Below are positions 27,662 to 33,904 of a stretch of DNA of 33,904 nucleotides, in pieces (the stretch's first letter is position 1; the number at the start of each line of letters is the position of its first letter). The translations under genes were made by a program, and so were the position numbers. Under the pieces are notes generated by a model. The model did not search any database and was not told where the DNA came from. It saw only the letters and a program-made list of their open reading frames with translations. This DNA comes from Oscillospiraceae bacterium (GTDB taxonomy: Bacteria > Bacillota > Clostridia > Oscillospirales > UBA644), in contig SVMP01000003.1 in NCBI GenBank assembly GCA_015067385.1, positions 1 to 33,904 of the forward strand, written 5' to 3'.

Positions 27662-28501
27662 ATGGCAATGAATTTATATGAATCCGCTAAAGAGCGTGTT
27701 ATAATAACAGCACATCGCGGTGCTGCCGGCGGTAATATTCCTTGTAATACAATAGGCGCTTACGATTCTGCTCTCGCACAGGGCGCAGATATGATCGAGA
27801 TCGACGCAAGCCTCAGTGCAGACGGTACTCTTTACAGCTTCCACCCCTGGATGGAAGGTCAGCATCTCGGTACAGAGCTACGTATCCCCAAGCTTCATGA
27901 CGACGAGATAAAAGAGCTTCGATATGTCAACTATGACCGTGCAAGAACAGAGTGGGGCGTTTGCTCCTTCGATGAGATCTTCGAAAGATATAAGAACCGT
28001 TGCTTTATTAACGTCGATAAGTTCGGCGAACATCCCAAGGAGATCTGCGATCTTATCCGTAAGCACAATATGCAGGATCAGATCGTTGTAAAAAGCGGTC
28101 CCAATAAGGAGTCTCTTGATATTATCGAACAGTATGCTCCCGAGATCGCATACCTTTGCGTTATCAATAAGGATGACAACGTTCACGAGATGCTCAAAAA
28201 CCGCAATATCAATTATGTCGGCCTCGAAGTTCTCTTCTCAGAAGAAGACAGTCCGCTTTGTTCCGAAGAATTTATCGAAAAGCTTCATAAAGATAACAAG
28301 ATCGTCTGGGTAAACTCCATTATTTACGATTATCATGCACAGCTCTCCGCACGTCATTCCGACGATACAGCTCTTTCCTATGATATGGAATACGGCTGGG
28401 GCTGGCTCGCTAACAAGAATTTTGACATCATTCAGACAGACTGGCCGCTCGCCCTCAAGGTTTTCCTCGAAAGCACCGGCAGACGTTTCAGAAACAAATA
28501 A
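27662..28501 (+). CDS. Glycerophosphodiester phosphodiesterase family protein
   Basis: ITAHRG, GADMIEID, SADG..H, INVDK and IIQTDWP motifs. Confidence 0.88.
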   Translation: MAMNLYESAKERVIITAHRGAAGGNIPCNTIGAYDSALAQGADMIEIDASLSADGTLYSFHPWMEGQHLGTELRIPKLHDDEIKELRYVNYDRARTEWGVCSFDEIFERYKNRCFINVDKFGEHPKEICDLIRKHNMQDQIVVKSGPNKESLDIIEQYAPEIAYLCVINKDDNVHEMLKNRNINYVGLEVLFSEEDSPLCSEEFIEKLHKDNKIVWVNSIIYDYHAQLSARHSDDTALSYDMEYGWGWLANKNFDIIQTDWPLALKVFLESTGRRFRNK

Positions 28502-28505
28502 TTCA

Positions 28506-28538
28506 AAAGACACAAGCTTTTTTACGGCTTGTGTCTTT
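28506..28538. terminator. Bidirectional terminator between convergent GDPD and nadE
   Basis: Perfect 12-bp stem aaagacacaagc/gcttgtgtcttt. Confidence 0.75.
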
Positions 28539-28551
28539 ATTTATAAGATTT

Positions 28552-30108
28552 TTACTGAAGAGGACGCATGTCTGCAGGCATATAGGGGAGGGTAAATCCG
28601 ATAAGATTTGCGCCTTCGCTTGCGGATGAACGTTTGAACTGGTTCTTGTAATATCTGCTGTAGAACATATCAAGCGCCGCATTGATGGTGTCATCATCAT
28701 ATTCATCAAATGTTGCGAACATGTATTTCTGAATTTCAGCTCTGGGGAATTTATATTTTGCAAAATAGAAGATAATAAAGTCGTGAAGAATGTACGGTCC
28801 GAGAATGTCTTCTGTCTGCTGTCCCTCAATAAGCTCGGGAGAAACAGGGGTCGCAACGATATCTTTGAGCGTTGTGGCAAGATCGCCGCCACGTTTGCCT
28901 GCAATATGAAGAACAAGCTCACGGATAAGAGTTTTGGGCACAGTCGCATTAACGTTATAATGGCTGAGATTGTCGCCTGCATAAGTTGTAAAGCCGAGAG
29001 CCGCTTCGGAAAGGTCGCCTGTTCCGAGAGCAAGAGCATTTTCAATATTTGCAACATCAAAAAGGATCTGTGCACGCTCACGAGCCTGTGCGTTTTCAAA
29101 TACAACGTTCTTGTTTTCAACATCGTGTCCGATATCTTCAAAATGCTTGAGGAGAGATTCTTTGATATTGATCTCACGAACGGTAATTCCAAGCTCGTTC
29201 ATGAGCTTTTTCGCATTTTCGTTTGTTCTTTGCGATGTTCCGAAACAGGGGAGAGTAAGACCGATAATGTTCGATGCGGGAATACCGAGCATTTTGAACG
29301 TATTTTCCGCAACAAGAAGAGCCATCGTTGAATCAAGACCGCCCGATACGTTTATAACAGCCTTTTTGATTCCCGTGTTGACCATTCTCATGTAAAGGGA
29401 CTGGGTCTGAAGAAGGAAAAGGTCATCAAGATAACGCTTTTTATCGTTTTTACCGTAGTAGGGGATTCTGTAGTCGGCAACGTTCTTTCTTGTGTAGATA
29501 AGTCCGGTGTCTTTTGTGTCTTCCGCTGCTGCGATAACGGTTTCGGGTGCTTCCTGGTTCATAAATGCAACGGCAACGCCTTTGTTGAACACGCCGCAGA
29601 AACCTTTATATACATTGTCCGCAGAGCTTTCGCCGAAGCCGCCGTTTGCAACCGCAACAACGCAATTCTTTGCTCCGGAAGCCTTCGCACAATATTCAAT
29701 AATATCATTCTGAATGCAGGGATATCCGGGCATGATCGTCGGAAGAAGAAGGATATCGACATTTTCTGTGCTGCTTTCGGAAACAGAAACGGTTTTGCCG
29801 TTTACTTTAAAGCTACTCTTTTTGAGAAGAGCACCTTCCTTGATTATAACATTTTCATGGTAGGGGACAGACGTTACAATGATCTTGTTTGTCTTCTCGC
29901 TGTATTCGCAAAGCTTGTCGAGCGCATCCTCTGTCTGCTGCTTGAATTCGGGGAATTCGTAAAGCTCGCCTGCGGAAGCGCCTGTGAGGGAGTAGGCAGG
30001 GAAAAGGTATATATCGCCCTCGTTTTGATCCATTATTTCAATCATTTTATTCGCATTTTCCTTCGGATAGCCGAGAGAAATGACAAAAACAGATGTTACT
30101 ATTTTCAT
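28552..30108 (-). CDS. nadE: NAD+ synthetase with a degenerate N-terminal glutaminase-like domain
   Basis: SGGLDST, ENAQARER, GTGDLSE, VPKTL, TPVSPEL, QQTEDILGPY and QFKRS synthetase motifs. Confidence 0.88.
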   Translation of the reverse strand: MKIVTSVFVISLGYPKENANKMIEIMDQNEGDIYLFPAYSLTGASAGELYEFPEFKQQTEDALDKLCEYSEKTNKIIVTSVPYHENVIIKEGALLKKSSFKVNGKTVSVSESSTENVDILLLPTIMPGYPCIQNDIIEYCAKASGAKNCVVAVANGGFGESSADNVYKGFCGVFNKGVAVAFMNQEAPETVIAAAEDTKDTGLIYTRKNVADYRIPYYGKNDKKRYLDDLFLLQTQSLYMRMVNTGIKKAVINVSGGLDSTMALLVAENTFKMLGIPASNIIGLTLPCFGTSQRTNENAKKLMNELGITVREINIKESLLKHFEDIGHDVENKNVVFENAQARERAQILFDVANIENALALGTGDLSEAALGFTTYAGDNLSHYNVNATVPKTLIRELVLHIAGKRGGDLATTLKDIVATPVSPELIEGQQTEDILGPYILHDFIIFYFAKYKFPRAEIQKYMFATFDEYDDDTINAALDMFYSRYYKNQFKRSSASEGANLIGFTLPYMPADMRPLQ

Positions 30109-30151
30109 ATTGTGACCGATACAGTCCTTTCAGTATTTTTCAATATCTTTA

Positions 30152-30180
30152 ATTATATACCTTTTCGGCGTTTATGTCAA
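30152..30180 (-). promoter_or_regulatory. Consensus sigma-A promoter of nadE
   Basis: TTGACA (30180-30175), 17-bp spacer, TATAAT (30157-30152). Confidence 0.8.
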
Positions 30181-30244
30181 GTCATTCGCCGTAAAGTCGC
30201 ATTTTGTTTAGAATAGGGGAGAACTGTTAGCCCATTCATTGTCT

Positions 30245-31246
30245 TTACGCCATCGTTTCAAGCATTTTTTTCGTAACTTCGTATTGACAAGTCTTTCCGT
30301 CGATATACGCCTGACACTCTTCAAACATATATTTGCCCATTCTGCGTACCTCGTCTCCTGCACTTCCTGCGATATGAGGGGTGAGTTTGCAATTCGGCAA
30401 AGTGTAAAACGGATGCTCGCTTATCGGCGGTTCGGGCTCTGTTACGTCAAGCAAAGCTGTCAAGTCCGGTCTTTCTGTTAAAATACGGACAAGATCATCT
30501 TCAATGACCTGCGCACCTCGTCCGGTGTTTATAAAGACCGCATTCTCTCTCATGCGTCGGAAAAGATCGTAGTTTAACATCCCCTTTGTCTGCTCATTGT
30601 TCGCTAAATGATTGGAAACGACAAACGAACGTTCAAACAGCTCCGTAAGCTCACATTTTTCAACACCTAACTCGCTCGCTTTTTCATCGGGAAGGAACGG
30701 GTCGAAAACGCTCACTTTCAGATTGTATTGTTTTAACATTTTAATGACCAATTTACCGATCATTCCTGCGCCGATAATGCCTACGGTTTCTCCGTAATTT
30801 CCTTTACATTTTCTGAAAGCGGAATCTGCTGCCTGTCTGCCTTCCGAATGGAAGATTCGATTACTTACAAAATAACCTTTATTTGCAAGAATTATCTGTG
30901 CAACCGTCATTTCTGCAACGGGAACAGCGTTTGCTCCCCATGCCGAAAAGACTTTTACACCGCATTCAAGGAACGGACGTGCAAAAGACTGCACACTGCC
31001 TGCACCGTAAAAGACACATTTGAGCTTCGGAAGCGTGTTTCTGATCTCTTCTTCGCTCATTGAGGGCATACCCCAGGTCGAAAAAATGATCTCAACATTT
31101 GAAAAATGTTCGGGGTTTTCCTGTATCATTTTGCGATTATAAACTTTTTCATCAAGCTCGGCGATCTTTTTGATTTCGCAAACCGTCTCGCTGTCATAAA
31201 CTCTTGAAATATTATCGGGGGCTTCACATAAAAAAATTGCTCTCAT
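30245..31246 (-). CDS. D-isomer-specific 2-hydroxyacid dehydrogenase family protein
   Basis: GIIGAGMIG Rossmann motif, FINTGRG, LDVTEPEP and TPHIAG. Confidence 0.9.
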   Translation of the reverse strand: MRAIFLCEAPDNISRVYDSETVCEIKKIAELDEKVYNRKMIQENPEHFSNVEIIFSTWGMPSMSEEEIRNTLPKLKCVFYGAGSVQSFARPFLECGVKVFSAWGANAVPVAEMTVAQIILANKGYFVSNRIFHSEGRQAADSAFRKCKGNYGETVGIIGAGMIGKLVIKMLKQYNLKVSVFDPFLPDEKASELGVEKCELTELFERSFVVSNHLANNEQTKGMLNYDLFRRMRENAVFINTGRGAQVIEDDLVRILTERPDLTALLDVTEPEPPISEHPFYTLPNCKLTPHIAGSAGDEVRRMGKYMFEECQAYIDGKTCQYEVTKKMLETMA

Positions 31247-31252
31247 TTCACA

Positions 31253-32008
31253 CTATCCTTTTATTATACGTTTCAGCGCATCCATTTCTGTGGGGAGCGT
31301 TTCAATCCGTCCGTCAGGCATAAATTCAAGAAGAAGAGTACGGGGTGTTGTAAATTTAGACAGGTAGCCCTGCCATTCCTCGATGCCTTCGTTCAAAGAG
31401 AATTTTTCTTGACCTTTCCACTGAAAAACATGAATATTTCGTGTGTATGGTGCGATCGCTTCGGCATATTTCATGTTTTCCTCTATATTTTGCCATTGGA
31501 ACGGCTGCCAATACATTCGGAATCTCGGCGAGTTTATCTCTTTCATGAATTCGAGCGCATCGTCAAGATATTCAGCTATAGTGTCATGATGACATTCCAT
31601 ACAGAAAAATACATCATATTTCTCTGCGATCTCAACGCTTTTACGGCATTCTTCAAGCAACAAGCGTCTTTCTTCTTCGGTCATATTTTTTCCGTTCTTT
31701 GTTCCGCACCAAAGGCGTAAAACATTTGTGCCAAGTATCTTTGCAGCCGTTATATAATCTGTCAATTCGCTGAGCGGCGTTTCGCCCAAACGGAAATATG
31801 TACCGTAAGATGAGCAGAACAAATCATATTCTTTTTGCAGTTCGGCAATTTCGTTTAATCGGGCAATATCACGGCAAGGCGCATGTACATCACTGCCCCA
31901 TTCTATACAGGAAAGCCCTACATTCTTTACTGCTTGAATGATCTCCTTCGGCGTATTGCCCCGAAAAGAGACAGACACTAACCCTAATAAATACTGATTC
32001 TCTTTCAT
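31253..32008 (-). CDS. Sugar phosphate isomerase/epimerase (xylose isomerase-like TIM barrel)
   Basis: IEWGSDVH, SYGTYFRLG, RLWCG, MECH, YWQP, NIHVF and LLEF; ATG 32008 with AAAGGTG RBS (the ORF-track extension to 32095 runs through the tuf terminator). Confidence 0.8.
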   Translation of the reverse strand: MKENQYLLGLVSVSFRGNTPKEIIQAVKNVGLSCIEWGSDVHAPCRDIARLNEIAELQKEYDLFCSSYGTYFRLGETPLSELTDYITAAKILGTNVLRLWCGTKNGKNMTEEERRLLLEECRKSVEIAEKYDVFFCMECHHDTIAEYLDDALEFMKEINSPRFRMYWQPFQWQNIEENMKYAEAIAPYTRNIHVFQWKGQEKFSLNEGIEEWQGYLSKFTTPRTLLLEFMPDGRIETLPTEMDALKRIIKG

Positions 32009-32061
32009 GCTTGTAACACCTTTCTCTTGAATGAAGGATCGCAATATACTTTTTCTATAAC

Positions 32062-32092
32062 AAAAAAAGGAGAGGACGAGCCTCTCCTTTTT
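32062..32092 (-). terminator. Rho-independent terminator after tuf
   Basis: Stem aaaaaggagagg/cctctccttttt with a T7 run on the minus strand. Confidence 0.85.
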
Positions 32093-32118
32093 CAAGTTGC
32101 ATTATAATTCTGTTAAAA

Positions 32119-33320
32119 TTATTCAGCGATGGTGGAAACGACACCGGAACCAACGGTTTTGCCGCCTTCACGGATAGCGAAACGGAGACCTTCTTCGATA
32201 GCGATGGGAGTGATGAGCTCAACGTTGATGGTAACGTTTTCGCCGGGCATGCACATGTCAACGCCTTCTTTGAGGGTGATGATACCGGTAACGTCAGTAG
32301 TTCTGAAGTAGAACTGGGGTCTGTAGTTGGATACGAAGGGTTTATGACGGCCGCCTTCTTTAGCGGTAAGAACGTAAACCTCGCCGGTGAATTTGGTGTG
32401 GGGTTTGATGGTACCAGGTTTAGCAAGAACCTGACCTCTTTCAACGTCAGTTCTCTGGATACCACGGAGGAGACAACCGATGTTATCGCCTGCTTCAGCG
32501 GAGTCGAGGAGTTTTCTGAACATTTCGATACCGGTAACAACAGACTTACGGGTTTCTTCTTTGATACCAACGATTTAACTTCTTCAGACATCTTAACAAC
32601 GCCTCTTTCAACACGACCGGTAACAACGGTACCACGGCCGGTGATGGTCATAACGTCTTCGATAGGCATGAGGAAGGGAAGGTTATCGTTTCTTTCAGGA
32701 GTGGGAATGAAGCTGTCAACAGCGTCCATAAGTTCTCTGAGGCAAGCATATTCGGGAGCTTCGGGATCTCTGGAAGTAGATTCGAGAGCGATAAGAGAGC
32801 TACCCTGAATGATGGGAGTGTCATCGCCGGGGAATTCGTACTTGTTGAGGAGGTCACGAATGTCCATTTCAACGATTTCGAGAAGTTCGGGGTCGTCAAC
32901 CTGGTCACATTTGTTCATGAAAACAACGATTGCAGGAACGCCAACCTGACGAGCAAGAAGAATGTGTTCGCTGGTCTGAGCCATAACGCCGTCGGATGCA
33001 GCAACAACGAGGATAGCGCCGTCCATCTGAGCAGCACCGGTGATCATGTTTTTGATGTAGTCAGCATGGCCCGGGCAGTCAACGTGAGCGTAGTGACGGT
33101 TGTCAGTTTCGTACTCAACGTGAGCGGTGTTAATGGTAATACCTCTTTCTCTTTCTTCGGGTGCTTTGTCGATCATATCATATGCTTCGAACTGAGCGTA
33201 GCCCTTAAGGGAGAGGAATTTGGTGATAGCAGCGGTAGTGGTGGTCTTACCATGGTCAACGTGACCGATGGTACCAATGTTAACGTGGGGTTTAGTTCTT
33301 TCAAATTTAGCCTTTGCCAT
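32119..33320 (-). CDS. tuf: Elongation factor Tu, with a single-base frameshift at ~32576/32577
   Basis: [22 protein letters not shown] and NKCD in the first frame; the C-terminus (MFRKLLD...[14 protein letters not shown]...[13 protein letters not shown]) is in another frame; inserting one G restores [23 protein letters not shown]. Confidence 0.95.
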
Positions 33321-33362
33321 TAGAATAATCCTCCTATTAGTAGAATATAATATTTAAATTAA

Positions 33363-33902
33363 TTATTTTTTCATGATTGCTTCCTGAATGCTCTTAGGTA
33401 CTTCAGCATAGTGGCTGGGCTCCATAGTGTAAGCGCCACGGCCCTGAGTCTTAGAACGCATATCAGTAGCATAGCCGAACATTTCGCCGAGAGGTACGTG
33501 TGCAGTTACCTGCTGACCGCCGGTGATAACGTCGAGGCTCTGGATCTGACCACGACGGGAGTTGATGTCGCCGATAACGTCGCCGAGATATTCGTCGGGA
33601 GTGGTAACAACAACTTTCATGATCGGTTCCATAATAACGGGGTTAGCCTTCTTGGTAGCTTCCTTGAATGCCATAGAACCGGCAATCTTGAATGCCATTT
33701 CAGAAGAGTCAACTTCGTGGTAAGAACCGTCGTAAAGTGTTACTTTAACGTCAACAACAGGATAGCCTGCAAGTACACCGGACTGCATAGCGCCCTGGAT
33801 ACCTGCGTCAACAGCGGGAATGTATTCCTTGGGAATAGAACCGCCGACAACTTTGTTGATGAATTCGTAACCCTTGCCGGCTTCGTTAGGTTCAACGATG
33901 AG
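33363..33902 (-). CDS. fusA: Elongation factor G, 3' portion (5' end outside the window)
   Basis: [37 protein letters not shown] and [16 protein letters not shown]; immediately upstream of tuf as in the str operon. Confidence 0.95.
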   Translation of the reverse strand, partial: LIVEPNEAGKGYEFINKVVGGSIPKEYIPAVDAGIQGAMQSGVLAGYPVVDVKVTLYDGSYHEVDSSEMAFKIAGSMAFKEATKKANPVIMEPIMKVVVTTPDEYLGDVIGDINSRRGQIQSLDVITGGQQVTAHVPLGEMFGYATDMRSKTQGRGAYTMEPSHYAEVPKSIQEAIMKK

Positions 33903-33904
33903 CT

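Noticed and set aside
32055-32576. Novel-looking C-terminus of the 421-aa EF-Tu ORF
   Set aside because: Out-of-frame read-through after the frameshift; the true C-terminus is in the 32119-32523 frame.

Overview
Housekeeping-rich chromosomal segment of a low-GC Gram-positive (Clostridia-like) bacterium; the taxon is inferred from gene content, sigma-A promoters and RBS style. Minus-strand block (1-10424): ispD, an EEP-family phosphatase and DedA, then rlmB, a degenerate P1B-ATPase-like membrane protein, yebC, an XRE regulator, maf, mreB, mreC, mreD and a truncated mrdA/PBP2. Plus-strand block (10598-28501): ymdB, an AAC(3)-family acetyltransferase fused to ribulose-phosphate 3-epimerase, a cysteine-hydrolase-fold protein lacking its catalytic Cys, recA, recX, rimO, pgsA, cysS, recG, rplU and rpmA (no prp), obgE, a large beta-helix lipoprotein, an EF-G paralogue and a GDPD. 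Final minus-strand block: the 3' part of fusA, tuf (one-base frameshift), a sugar isomerase/2-hydroxyacid dehydrogenase pair and a NadE with an eroded glutaminase domain. No rRNA, tRNA, CRISPR array or mobile element was recognised. The best candidates for something undescribed are the translationally coupled ymdB / AAC(3)::Rpe / Cys-less hydrolase trio and the pseudo-P-type ATPase upstream of the mre cluster. All family calls come from motif recognition by eye, without database searches.
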